In this document: one piece after another, positions 1 through 14,349 of the stretch
How the letters are laid out: each line of letters starts with the position of its first letter
Position numbering within the stretch: position 1 is the stretch's first letter
Assembly: GCA_012295275.1 (NCBI GenBank)
Contig: CM022669.1
Span: forward strand, 6,262,001 to 6,326,000
Source: Chrysomallon squamiferum
Taxonomy: Eukaryota; Animalia; Mollusca
Reading direction: 5' to 3'
Length of the DNA: 64,000 nt
The notes under the pieces: model-generated
Databases searched by the model: none
What the model saw: only the letters and a program-made list of their open reading frames with translations
What the model was told of the DNA's origin: nothing
Position numbers and translations under genes: made by a program

Positions 1-1138
1 ACAAGCTGCTGTTGCTGATAATGACGAAGATAATTACAAAGGCAACCGTGAATTTTAAATAATTATACAGAAATAAATAAAACATCAAAAAAAAAAAGGA
101 TATATGATTATCATTTGGAAGTCGCCGATTTCGAATCTAACAAAATGTCATTTGCCCTTTAGTGATCTCTTGGTTATCTTCCAAAAGCAGCACGACCCCT
201 GCTGCGTTGATAAATGTCCCGTTTTCACTGCACGTAAAATTAGTTTGAAGGATAGGTGTGAAAATAAACAGATTAAAATAACTGTTATCTTCACTCTTGG
301 CAATAACCACGTGCTGTGGAACAAAACATCCTGGTCAGAAGATGAGATCAGTATCAGTTTTAACCAAACATATCTGAATATGTAATCATCCAGAGTGCTT
401 GCATCCAATCGCCCACGATATACGGGGAAATATATACATATAATTTCATTTCTATGGCAGAGTGTATTTAAATAATCCTTGCTTGTTACTTATAGGTTCT
501 AAAAAATCATCTAACCCAAACAATACTGTCAATGATATTTCGTGTTCGAAATTCTGAAGTCAATGCAGCGTGCTTGGAATTACAGTAGATATTGTCATCT
601 TTCAGATGATTCATAGACTCAAATGATCATAACAACAGAAGAGTTTTTTTTTTATTTTATTTTCCATTATTGTGATTCTTCTAGTTGACTAACCTTATAA
701 CATACTAACATTACAATGCTAAGAATTCATATATTTGATTGTATTCCCAGGACACGAGCTTATATAGTTCTGTTTTTTTTTTTTTTCGTTTTGTTTTAAA
801 TTGCGTATTTAAAAAGCCCAACAAAAAAAAAAATAAAAAAATAGAAGAACGAAAAAACGTTAATAAAGAAGAATTTAGTTATTGTTATTGTTACAGCAAG
901 ATGGAAAACAAACAGAGAGAAAAAACAGACAGGCAATGTCACACACATATCGATATTGATTCTAAAACAGATCGGCTCAATCTGTTGAAAAGGTTTTATA
1001 TGTACATGTCGACTTATCAATCAGAATGACATCGGAAAACATCGGCAAGTATCAGTTGACATCGGCTGGGTTTAGCTTTCCGACCGATGGTATTCCATTC
1101 AATAATCGATTAATCTTTGTTATCCTCTTCTTCTGGTT

Positions 1139-1187
1139 ATCATCATCATCATCATCATTATTATTATTATCATTATTATTATTATTA

Positions 1188-1261
<74 letters not shown>
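1139..1261. repeat. (CAT)n(TAT)n microsatellite
   Basis: Directly visible. Confidence 0.95.
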
Positions 1262-1264
<3 letters not shown>

Positions 1265-1758
1265 TCTGTTATTGTTGTCGTTCTTGTTTTGTTAATGTTT
1301 ATTAAATTCATCTTTTTCCCCACCTCTTCCGCTAATTTTATTCTAGTTTTTTTCTTTCTTCTCCTTCCATCACGCTCTGAGTCCACTCACTCTCCATTAG
1401 ACCACTCTAAGTAGTTACACCTGGCGAACGCTGACCATTAGCTTTTCTCGAACTTCCTACAGGTGTAACAGTACACCAGCATGACTGACATCTGAGATCA
1501 GCCGTACGACAACAACATCAACATAACAACGTCCACCTGCTGCCTTGTCGCGGTCGTTCGATGGACATCTTCAGACTGCCACTCAAACGGTAATGATATC
1601 TGCATGGTACTGAGTATCCATGAATAACATTCCGCCCGAGGTACGAAACGTCGCGCGTTCAGTTCCTCGTAACAGAAAGTTTATTTATTTATTTATTATC
1701 AAGTATCACCTTCATCATAAGTTACACTGTTGTGTGACTGTATATATATATATATAAA

Positions 1759-1791
<33 letters not shown>

Positions 1792-2162
1792 ATGTATAGA
1801 TAGGTAGATAGATAGATAGATTGAGATAAAAAACAAAAGAAACAGAAAAAAAAAAATAATAATATATCTTATATTTGTTTGTGTGATTGTATATAATATA
1901 TACATGTATATATGTATATATGTTTGTGTTGTGTTTGTATGTGTGTATCCATACGTTTGTAGTGTATATGTTTCTATGTATGTATGTTTAAATTTATTTT
2001 TTATCTACTATTTGTATATATACCTAAATACATACATATATATATGAATATAATACATAAGTGTATATATGTTTCTATGTATGTATGTTTAAATTTATTT
2101 TTTTATATACTATTTAGAAATTAAAATAATAATTATAATGATACCTAAATACATACATATGT

Positions 2163-2219
<57 letters not shown>

Positions 2220-4641
2220 TACATACATACTTAAACAGAAAAAGCAACATACACAATATACGAATACTGAAATGTTAAATTCTTGCATCAAGCATGTCAA
2301 GTAATTCGGCAAGAGAATTCAGCAGAAGTAGCGCTATGAGAACGGTTACATGGAAAACTTAGAGAACTTACATCCACGTTATAGGTTGTAAGAAGGAGTG
2401 GTTGGTTGTAGGGTGCGATCCTGCAGCTATTGGATAACAGATACCTTTCCCACTCTGACCTTTTTAAATAATCTACATTTTTCAGTGATAGTCTAATTAG
2501 TATTACAGATAACCGCTCATCTTTCCGTCTTCCAGAAAACCGTTATTACTACACATAAATTAATAAATAAAATAAAATAAAGTAAAGTAAAGTAAAATAA
2601 TATAAAATAAAATAAAATAAGATAAAATCATTTTAAGAAGTGTATTAATCTATCTATATCTTTTAAATACAATTTCGTTTTGTTTAATTTTTTTAGTTTA
2701 CGTTTTAAGTGTATTTTAAAGCCTATGTCCAGAATAACCGGAAAATCAAGAAATCCGGGACATCACCGGTCCTATGTCCCGGACTCTTTGTCTATTAGCT
2801 ACGTTAGACATTATAAATGTAATCACTGGATTTATATGAGTGAAGGCGATGTGGAATGCAGATTTAAATGTCTATAGGTGAAGTTATAGAATGAAAGATA
2901 CCAAGAAGTTTCGAACTTTTCAAATATTTCAAACAACTAGGATTATTTTATTTTATTTATTTATTTATTTTATTTTTTTCCATATTTTTGGGGTTTTCAG
3001 TTGATGTGTTGTTGTTGTTTCATGTTTTGGGGTTTGTTTGTTTTTTTGAATTTTTTTGCTTCGTTTTTTTGAAGTATTGAAAGATTTCTAGAAGATCCAT
3101 ATAATTCTGGAAGAATGCTTATTTATTTACTTACTTATTTACTTACTTACTTTCTTACATATTTACTTACTTACTAATTACTTACATACTTACTTACTAA
3201 TAACTTACTTATTTACTTATTTACTCACTTATCAATTAATTAATCAGTTTATTTATTTTACTCTTTATTTATTTATTTAGTTTTGTGTGCATTTGTATGT
3301 ATGCATGTATGCATATGTTTGCACGATTACATACATTTATGAGCATGCGAGTTTTCACTCTTGAACGTACAGATGCACTCATGTAGGTAGTACACACGTA
3401 TATACCCAGCTTACAACACATTACTCTTCAATCGCTTTAACGTGTGTGGTGGTTCCACTATTTATCTGCTGACCACGTTCTGTTTTCTTTATGTATCAGT
3501 TCTCTAACAAAACGAGTGTTTTATTACCGCCTTTATCAAAGAGTTCGTCTCGTACACCATAATAGCGTCCCTTTATCACCTCTTCGCGTTATGAATCACT
3601 TTGGCCAAATTAAACACATCACGGAAATATCAAATTAAGACGGGTTAAAAATACAAAAACATCTTTGTTGCGTTGGAAATTAATGGGCAGGTATGTCGAT
3701 AAACACATAATGTATTCGTGAAACGAGCGAAATGTTTGATAGCTTTGTGCGATAATGTTGTGTTATTTAGAAAGACTAACACTGACCGTATGATTATAAC
3801 TGTTTTTAAAAATACAAATGTATTTTGAAGTGATTGATTATTCCAGGTGTCGGTAGAACATTAGTATTTACTGACTGCAAAAAAAACACATATTTCTCTA
3901 AAGTGATTAATAATGATGATATTGTGTGATTGTGTTCATTTTTCACGATTTCTTAATACTGATAGTTTTAACAGTTTTCAGGTTTGCCATCATTATAACG
4001 GGATTTTGGTTAAAGGTTAAGTTTTTTTTTTTTTTTTTTTTTAATGCTGTATTTATACTTTTTTTTCTTGATTTTGACGGCAAACGTTTAAGGATAATTT
4101 AAATGGATTATTATTAATTTAACGTTCATTTTTAGCTCTTTATTTTAATGGTGTATTTTTTCTTTTTCAAACTTTTTAATTTAATAAACTGATTGCTTTT
4201 GACTAAAAATAATGCTAAGTCAAATTTAACGTTCAATATACTGATATAAAAAATATTTATATTTATTCACTTGTTTATAAATTACTACTATTACTGCTGC
4301 TACTGTTAATTTTATATCTCAACCTCTTTTAAACAATATGATGCAGATGATGACAATGATGAGATAATGATGATAACTTAGATGATAATTCCATGTTACT
4401 TACAGTTTCATAATTAAACTAGCCTTTTAATTGTTATCTTTTGAAATTAATTTTTTCTCGAGTCAAGAAAATTTTCTCTCGCAGAAAAATACTCCAATAA
4501 ATGAAAAAAGTAAAATAATAAAATATATGATTATTAAATAATGTAAGTAAAATAAAATAAATCCTTAAGAACAAAAAATATAGTGGTGTTTCAAGTCATA
4601 TTTCTAATTAATTTTGTTGTTGTTGTTGTTGTCTTTGCTGT

Positions 4642-4692
<51 letters not shown>

Positions 4693-5511
4693 TGTATTCA
4701 TTTATTCATTTATTTATTTAGTAGTAGAAATTGTAGAAGAGTATTATTTTTATTACTACTGTTGTTGTTGTTTTTTTTGTTATTTTCTTTTTATTTATTT
4801 ATTTATATTTTTCATGTTCGTTTATTTATCATTACTGTTGCATTTTTGTTTTTAATTTCATTTTCTTTTCTTTTCTTAAATTTTAAATTTTTCTTTATTT
4901 ATTTTTTATGTGTGCAATATAATAATAATATTAATAATAATTATTATTATTATTAATATCAGTAGTAGTAGTAGTAATTTTTTATATTTTATAATAAACA
5001 TTTGTTTATTTATTTATTTAATTATTTACTTGCTTTTTTACTTATTTATTTACCTTTTTACTTACTTTTTTATCTACTTATTTAGATTTATTTTAATTTA
5101 TTCATTTTCATTTTTCGTTTTATGTATATGGTGTTTGTTTGTTTCTTTTCTTTTCATTTCTTGTTTTTCATCTTCAAAATATATTTTCAATATATTTTTA
5201 ATTTATTTTTTTATGCCTGTTGTCGTTTTATTTATGTTTCCGTTTGCTGATATTTGATCACGGATAGAATCATTTTAAATAAAAAAGAAGAAAGCAAAAA
5301 ATGGCAGAATTAACATTATCAGAATAAAACAGATTAATATAAATGGCATTAGCCATTATTGCAAAGCCATGATTAATATTGTATGTCTGAAATAACAAAA
5401 GGAAGGAAGGAAAAAGAAAGAAAAATTAATGAATTAATGAAAATAAATAACGAATGAAAAGAAAGGAAAAGGGAATAAAAGAACGATAAAAATTTTCTGT
5501 TTTCATTCTTC

Positions 5512-5634
<123 letters not shown>

Positions 5635-5653
5635 AATTTTTAAAACTACTTAC

Positions 5654-5990
5654 TTGGCTCACAAATCCCCAGTGGTTCTTGCTGAGAAGGAAAGAGGGGG
5701 GTCTCTCCCTCCCTAACGCTGCACGTCAAACCCGTGTCACATTTCCCCATGTAGCTGAAGTCACCGCCGCACCTCTCCCCCCTCACTTTGGCGCAGGTGG
5801 GGCAGCAGTTGCAAATACCTGTTGTCACACCCCCTCTGCACTTCAGCTGTGACGACTTTTTCGGGTGACAGTGGATTCTTCCGCAAGGGGGACACTGCAG
5901 AGCGTGCACAGGGGAAAGCGTTTCCGACGCCCACCCCAACATAATAATAGTCACGATCTGAGTTATAAATCCGTCTAAAAATTGTCTCAT
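5654..5990 (-). CDS. First coding exon of a secreted IGFBP N-terminal-domain protein (CRIM1-like / IGFBP-related); remainder of gene not found in the window
   Basis: ATG at 5990, hydrophobic signal peptide (MRQFLDGFITQIVTIIMLGWASETLSPVHA), then a 12-Cys IGFBP pattern CPPC..C..C..GICNCCPTC..C..C..C..C including the xCxCCxxC motif. Ends CCA A|GTAAGT (donor at 5653, phase 1). GC-rich island in AT-rich DNA. Confidence 0.9.
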
Positions 5991-6786
5991 ACTTCGACAG
6001 CGAAGCCCGACCTCTGGCGCGGACGTAGAAAACTGAATATTTTCGCAAATATTTTAAAAATATTTTCGATGTCCAGTGTAAACAGAAATCAACAGAAAGT
6101 TTGTAAGAATAGATATTTAAAAAAAAAAAAAAAATGAATAAAAAAAAAAAAAAAAAGAAAAAAGAATTCGTGATTAAATGAATCTGCTGTCACAACTCCA
6201 TAAAAAAAAATTATTTTTAAAAAAAAAATGTCTTATTTCTTAAAAACAGCAGAACAAAAGTCTCTTCCGATAATGTAAATTAAATAAAAAAAATAAAATA
6301 AAATAAAATCTAATAAATAAATAAATACATATAGAAATATTTGAAAATAACTGCTAGTCTGAATGCTTGTTACAAACCTATTTTCCTCTCAAAACCTGTT
6401 AGTCTTGCTTCTCTTCGAAAAAAAAAAAAAAAGGAAAAGTAGAAAAAAAAAAAAAAAAAAAAAGACAGAAATTTTTACGTAGAAACAAAACCGCTTTAAA
6501 AAATCCTTTTGTTGTTATTGACAACTAGCATTCCCATCGTTGTCTTTTGCTTCTTTTTATTGTTGTAGTTCATATTTTTTTTCCTGGAACAGCGCATATT
6601 TCGGTGACACTTGTAAATCATTTCATATTTACGGTTACAAAAGAGGTCCACTTTTAAAATGCTTCCAGAAACCGGTCCATCGTGTTCAAGCTGTGATTTT
6701 AAAACGGTCCATTTTGTTTTAAGTTCCCACTTAGAAAACTGTTCGTAAAGCGATTCAAAGTGTTGTCTCAGCGTTGTGTGCCGCCG

Positions 6787-6847
6787 TTTATACGCGCACT
6801 TGCCGACCGAATACCTGTTAGGCATTCCGTGACGTCACGGAATTGCC
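6787..6847 (-). promoter_or_regulatory. Candidate core promoter of the IGFBP-domain gene: TATA box plus palindromic CRE
   Basis: Minus-strand TATAAA at 6792-6787 in a GC-rich context (cgcgTATAAAcggcgg). A full CRE TGACGTCA (6830-6837) sits inside a 20-bp perfect palindrome ATTCCGTGACGTCACGGAAT (6824-6843). Orientation fits the downstream ATG at 5990. Confidence 0.6.
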
Positions 6848-6925
6848 CGGCTGATACCGTGATAGATTTCCGCAGTTGGTTAACGAATGGAGAAAGTAAC
6901 GAAACTGCAAGACATATGTATATGT

Positions 6926-6974
<49 letters not shown>

Positions 6975-7662
6975 CCTTTTTTCTTTTTCTTTTTTTCTTC
7001 TTTTTTTAACATAATAATAATTATAAATGTATCAGATCTGTTATTATTTCAAATAGAGACCCTATACCTTAGATATATCTATGTTGAACGATTTTTCCAC
7101 CGGTTTTTTTTCTTGTTTTTTTTCATTATTTGTTTCTTTCTTTATATTACGGTATGTTATGTTGCTTATTTATTTATTTATTCACTTTTTTATTTTATTT
7201 TATTATATATTTATATTTGTAATATATAGTTATTTTATTTTTTTAAAATTTTATTTCATTTCTTTTTGTTTTGTTTTGTTGTGTCGTGTATCAATGTGTA
7301 TGCATTTTGTTATCTGTATATTTCTGCATGTATGTATGTATATATGTGAGTGTGTGTATGTGTGTGTGTAATATGTACTTCTGTGACTCTAAGATTATAT
7401 GTATTTGTTTTAGTTTATGTGTGTATCAGTATGTGCTGTTCATGAGTTTTTTTTTTTATGTGAGTGTATTGAATAAAATTACTGAAAAGCTGGCAGTACA
7501 GTTTTGTTGCCTTTATTAATAGGTTATTACTACTATCATTTCCAGTACTACAACAGAAACTACCACTGAATCGTTACTACTTCTAGTACAACTACCATTA
7601 CTACTATAGCAATTGCTATCACGAATAGTACCATTATCATCGTCATCGTTTTTGTATATTAT

Positions 7663-7784
<122 letters not shown>

Positions 7785-8339
7785 AACCAGTGTATGTTGA
7801 AAGCATACAGAAATACGTTAGGTTAAGACAAATGGGGTCTGTACATTCCACAACGGACATTCATTCATCTCAGCTGTGTGAACACACATCACGTGACCGC
7901 ACCAAGAATTCCCATCGCTGTTATTTGTCCGAAACCGGTTGAATGAACTTGTAACCGCATCCGGCGAAACGAGAAAGCAAACTATGCCAAACAGTGATTT
8001 GTCTTTTTCTGGAAAACAAACACGTTTTTAAAAAAAAGCTCATTTATTTGTCGACTGCGAGCTCGTTGGAAATACTTTGAGGTTATGTTACAATTGCTAA
8101 AAGTCAACTCCGCCTTAAATAGACGATAAAACATTTGACTTATATGTGAAACCTAACAAGGCGGAAACAGCGCTGTATAAATAGTTTTTAAACCCCCAGA
8201 AAATATCTAAGGCATCGTCATTTTTTTTTTTTTTTTTTTTTTTTTTACCTTTCTGCCTATGCATCTTTGTTTCTCGAACTATGTACGTTTATATATTTGT
8301 GTAGTATGTATGAATGTATATATGTTTCTAGATAAACTA

Positions 8340-8610
8340 TGTAAGTATGTATGTATACATGTGTACATGTGCGTATGTATGTATGTGTGTACGTAGGTAT
8401 TTATAGATGTATGTATGTATCTTATCTATGTGTGTATGTATGTATGTATGTATGTGTGTATGTATGCATGTATGTATGTATGTGTGTATGTATGTATGTA
8501 TATATGTATGTGTGTATGTATGTATGTGTGTGTGTATATATGTATGTATGTATGTATGTTTGTATATATATGTATGTGTGTATATGTGTGTGTGTATATG
8601 TATATATGTA
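8340..8610. repeat. (TATG)n/(TG)n compound repeat
   Basis: Directly visible; source of the MYVC/HTYI ORFs. Confidence 0.9.
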
Positions 8611-8719
8611 TTTATCACAGTTATGTAAACATTTACTCCCAGTTTTAACCTTCTCTTCTTCTTTCTTCTACATATGAACACACCGTACACATACAGATAA
8701 ACACACAGTCACACACAGT

Positions 8720-8751
<32 letters not shown>

Positions 8752-9085
8752 TACACAAATAGAGACAAACACAGAAACAGACACATATTAAAGTATCAGC
8801 GCTGGGTTACTGTTTTGTATTTTACTAGAATTAACTGTCTGCAGTTTTCTTGTCGCCAACACAGTTTGATGATAAAAGACGACTACGTCTGTCACGTCGA
8901 TATCCGGTCTTGTACAGACACGAACTACAGCGACAGTGCGTCGAGTCGTTTATGTATCGTCCTGTACAACAATTACCTGATAATTGAAAATGAAGTAATT
9001 GTTTACGTCATTGCGACAACTTCAGTGCAGTGACAGATAACGATAACATTATTAACAGAAAAAAAAAAAAAAAAATCGCGAAATT

Positions 9086-9371
9086 ACGTCATAATATACG
9101 CCTAGCCATTTATTTGATTAATTAACAAAAAATTAGCTATTATACGTCAAATCGCTGGTTCCAGCCAATGAAAACAGTCAGTGACTGACTTTTCATTATA
9201 ATAAAATTGTTAAATACGTCAGCCGCAGGTTTTAGCCAATAAAAAATTATAAAAAAAAAAAAAGGATGGTAAGTAATTATAATAAAATTGTTAAAAGCGT
9301 CATGCTCAGGTTTCGGCAAATGAGAATAAAAAACAGTTGCTGCTTACGTCAGTGTCCGGATTTTGACGAAT
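9086..9371 (+). promoter_or_regulatory. Array of five ACGTCA-N12/13-(A/G)GCCAAT-like composite motifs (candidate enhancer)
   Basis: ACGTCA/GCGTCA at 9086, 9144, 9216, 9297 and 9346, each followed after 12-13 nt by AGCCATT, AGCCAAT, AGCCAAT, GGCAAAT and GACGAAT respectively. Confidence 0.5.
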
Positions 9372-9708
9372 GAGCATTCGTGATGTTTCGGCTCGGCAAC
9401 ACACCAACGCACGATCTACGAATCTAAACAAAGGTGTTTGCTTTAAAGAACGACTATTTGTTTCCCAAATTAATCAAGCGACGGCGAACATCAAAGGAAA
9501 AGTTAACTAACAGGTGCACACAGGTGAGCTATTTTTTTTTTGCATGACGCGAAAACTGGTTATATGGGATTCAGACAAGATTATTATATTTTTTTTTCTA
9601 AAAAAATTATTAATTTAAGTGTACACAGAAGTAAAAGATTGTCAGTAAATCATCCATTTGAAATGTCCGTCTGTCCATGATACAGTGCTCGGATATGGTT
9701 TGTCTGTT

Positions 9709-9747
<39 letters not shown>

Positions 9748-9809
9748 TCTATTACTATTATTAGTTGTAGTAGTAGCTATTGCCACTATATATATAATAG
9801 TTATAGTAG

Positions 9810-9858
<49 letters not shown>

Positions 9859-10167
9859 ACTATATATATATATATATATTCAATCTTGTATGATTGTAAT
9901 TATTATTATATTTTGTTTTGGTGATAAAGCAGAAAACTAACAGGTATAATAATGATAGTAAATTAGTACACTGAAAGGTTTCTGATTTTATAAAATCCCT
10001 GTATTCGTTGTTGCACCAGTTAAGTTTGTTTTGTTTCTTTAGAAGTAGTAGTAGTAGGAGCAGCAGAAGTAGGAGCAGTAGTATATATATATATATATAT
10101 ATACTAATAAAAGTACTGAATAATAAATAATAAGAAGAAGGATAATGATGATGATGTTAAGATTTGT

Positions 10168-10231
<64 letters not shown>

Positions 10232-10464
10232 AAAATTATTTATTACGTGTCTGGTGAAAACAGACGGAGACTAAGAGAGAGAGACAGAGAAACAGAGATA
10301 GAAACTTTGAATTAGCGAAAGATGACTAACGGAGATGGAGAGACGGAAGTAAAGAGAGATTGATAGAAATAAAGAAAGTAAAAAAAAAAAAAAACATTCT
10401 AATAATAAAGGTGTTTTGCGCTTTCTATGTTGTGGGTGGAACATTTTTAAAAAGATATGTTTTC

Positions 10465-10497
<33 letters not shown>

Positions 10498-10638
10498 AAT
10501 TTTAAAACTTTATAAAATACTTACCTCCCTGTTACAAAAAGACTTGTCGGCTTGAGTCTGCATATATCTTCTCCATCATCAGCGTTTTGTTCCCTGTTCG
10601 GTCTTCTGTGCGTTTAATTTGAGTCTCTCTCTCTCTCT

Positions 10639-10712
<74 letters not shown>

Positions 10713-11860
10713 ACTGTACGTATGTGTGTATATTAGTATATGTGTACGTATGTGTTTGTATATGTATATTATTAATGCGTTTATTTTGTTGATCTTACGA
10801 ATACCATAAGCCCTCTAATATATTCCATATAAAATATCTGTTATCAGTACTAAGACATGTATTATTTACTATAATAACAAAAATGAAATAAAAATTATTT
10901 GTATAAACGTAATACTGACATATACTCGATTCTTTTTCAAAACAAGACTTGTATATTTATTTGATAACAAATATATGTTATTAACATTAACAACACTATC
11001 ACTTTCAGCACTGTCATTTCTCCTAATACACAGTTTGAAAATTCTGCTATCAGTTTAACACGCTTGTTACCGTGCATTCATCAAAAACACAATTCTGTTA
11101 CAAATTCTCTGCCCTTTTTTAATTCCCCTTGATCGTCAATTCCCTGTCTCTACCGTCATGTCTAAAGTCAATTTCCTTCGACCAGTCGCAAACTTGAACC
11201 GCCGCGATTTCTCGTTTGTTTTCTATGAATTGAACTTAATTACAACTATTACAAGAACACAGTCACCTATCTGCTGGCTTCGTGTCTATTGATCTCGTGC
11301 GGAAAGCAGTTTTGGAAGGAGAAGAATGGGGCAGGCAGCGTCTAAATCCCGCGACCATTAACACGTCTTTGCTCTCTGAGTTCCTGTTTCCTCGAAGATC
11401 TGTCAATCAGGATTCGCCGCGTGTTGTTGCGTTTTCACTCGAAATGCATTCATCTTACGGCATGGAGATAATCTGAGACAGTTGTATCTTTTAATCTAAA
11501 ACGTCTTCTGATTACTTTCTCATCGATTCCCAGAAATGACCGAACCGTTGCCGGTTCTCATTGAATCGTATTAAAGTTTCTCTCTCTCCTGCTGAATTTT
11601 TCTTTATTGTTGAACGGTAATGTAAATTTGACTTTTTTTTTTTTTTTTAAAACGGATGAAAAACTGGCGATTAATTGGCTTGAAATAAGTCGTTTTGCCC
11701 CAAACGACTGGTTTAGTTTTGAATCTTTAATTTTTATTTATTTATTTATTTATTTATTTTTTTATTATTTATTTTTTGTTTATTTATATTTTTATTTGTT
11801 TGCTTGTTTGTTTCTAATTTTCTCCTTTTTTCTGTTTCTTTTCTTTTTCATCTCTATCTG

Positions 11861-11896
<36 letters not shown>

Positions 11897-12132
11897 CCTA
11901 TCTATCTATATATACATACATACATACATACATATATATATGTATGTATGTATATGTATATATATATATATATCTTAACTCTACTGATTTTTTAATTTAT
12001 TTAAATTTCGCTTTTTGTTATTGTTTTATTAACTTATAAAAGTATTCTTCGTTATTCTTTCTGAGGTTATTATTCTATTTATAATTCAAAAAATTCATGT
12101 TCACTTCATATCTTAAGCAATAAAACTCTGTG

Positions 12133-12163
<31 letters not shown>

Positions 12164-12537
12164 AGAAGATTTTTATACCCATTAAGTCAAAGAAAGAATA
12201 TGTCTTCAAAGATATTGTAATGCAAGTTAATATAGTTAGTTGGTTCTTTTCAAGCGGCATGCTATATAGAGAACCAACAAACCTTATTCCAGTTTAGCAA
12301 TTTTCAGAAGACAACGTATTTTTGTATATAAATAATTTGAGACGAAATGAAGAACCGCACGCTATATGTCTTTTCCCGTATACAAGCTCTAAATCTTTCG
12401 ATAATGCAGTTAGGGTGAAATAAGACACAGACATAAAATATATTACTGGATTATTTCCTATTCAAACCATTTTCCCACGCCTGTTTATTTATTTATTTAT
12501 TTTTATTATTTATTTATTTGTTTATTTATTTATTTGT

Positions 12538-12572
<35 letters not shown>

Positions 12573-14142
12573 TTTTTTTTTTCATTAGTTCATGCTGACC
12601 TTCAATTTTATTTCCGGAATCTCTGCTCAGCAATTTAATAAACGTAATATGATCCCAGTATCTTCACATATATCCAAACAAACGCCATTTTCAATCACAT
12701 ATATTACTTATTAACAACATTAGTTAATAGAGAATAAAATACCATCTACATTATTCTTCCCATTGCGCCGTTTATTTCCACATAACAGTAAATTTAAATA
12801 TTTAACGGGACTCCGTTATTTAGAGGGAGATTACCACTGTAATAAATCCTACCCAGTGATATAAATGATAAACATACACATACCACTGGCAGCCATTCTA
12901 CAAGTTTTCAGGGAAACATCGAGAGATGTCTGGAGGGGTGACTATTCGGAGTGTATTCTAAAGAATTGTCAAAATATTAAATTACGTAGAAACGGTAGAT
13001 TTATGTTTTTTTTACTTAGTCTTTATTTACTTTTTGTACAAACGCTGTTTCGTCTGTCATCTTGATATTTGCAGCTGTCTGAGACCCCTAGAACTTTCTT
13101 AGGAACCGGCGCACGATTCGATAAAGATTCAGTTTATTTACATTAGTCATATAAACCGCGGAACTCTCTCATATAACAGTACATTACAGAGTGTATCGGG
13201 ACTTATTTCTCCAGTTGTAGCACACCAAGAAAACTCCTCTATTACTTTAACCATATAAAACACTGACAACAGTTTTCACTTAAAATGAAAAGGAACAAAA
13301 AAAAAAAAAAAAAAAAAAGAAGAAGAAAGCTTCAATTTATTATTATTTGTCATAAACTGAACCATTTTTTTTTTTCCCCACATAAAGGTGCATTACGAAA
13401 CGTAACGGGACTCTACAAAAGAACGAGATATATCAATTACAATTCCCATCCGCCTGAAAACCGTGTAACAACAAATAACAGGTTCTATCACCATACCAGC
13501 GATTTCATACACGTTTCTGCAAAGACTCCGATCTCTCCGACGTTTCTCTCTCTCTCGTATACAGGCAAGAAAAGATTAAAACGCCGGCCTCGAGTTAAAA
13601 GCTATATCTAAAGAAACCGCATCCCTGACATGCCGCGGTATCGGCATATGATAGATATAGCAGGTTAAGCCACGAAGATGAACGGCAATTTATATCTCTA
13701 TTGAGTTTCTCTATCTCTCAGCGCGTTGCTTTTCTTTGTCGGTCTCCAGTGACAGATGCGCTGGTCAGAACCGATATTATGATAGGGACTTCACGAAGAC
13801 GCAGAAAGCAAACTGGCCGGCCAAAAGTGACGAGATAAAAGTATTAAATTTTGCGAGATGTAATTGTCTCTCTTTAGCAAAACGAGTGTGACTTTTTCTT
13901 CATATCGTTGGTAATTGTGTTACGTTTTTGACAAGAGAAAAATGACCCGTGTTTAAACTGTGATGTATGTTCAGTTGCTTTTTTGTTTTTGTTTTGGGTT
14001 TTTTTTTCTCCTGTGCTGTGTATTCAATTAAAAATATTGCTTTTTGTTGTAAAAGAACATCTGATATATAACAGTTGTCACCGGAGACAGGTTTATGTTA
14101 GATATTTGATATTTCAGTATATATTACTCATATGAATACACA

Positions 14143-14349
<207 letters not shown>

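Noticed and set aside
3982-4015. Plus-strand 34-nt exon encoding FAIIITGFWLK (TM-like)
   Set aside because: Weak donor (GTTAAG), no partner exons, too short to exceed chance.
10517-10530. ATACTTACCT as the 5' end of U1 snRNA
   Set aside because: The following sequence does not match the U1 body; it is the reverse complement of a consensus splice donor.
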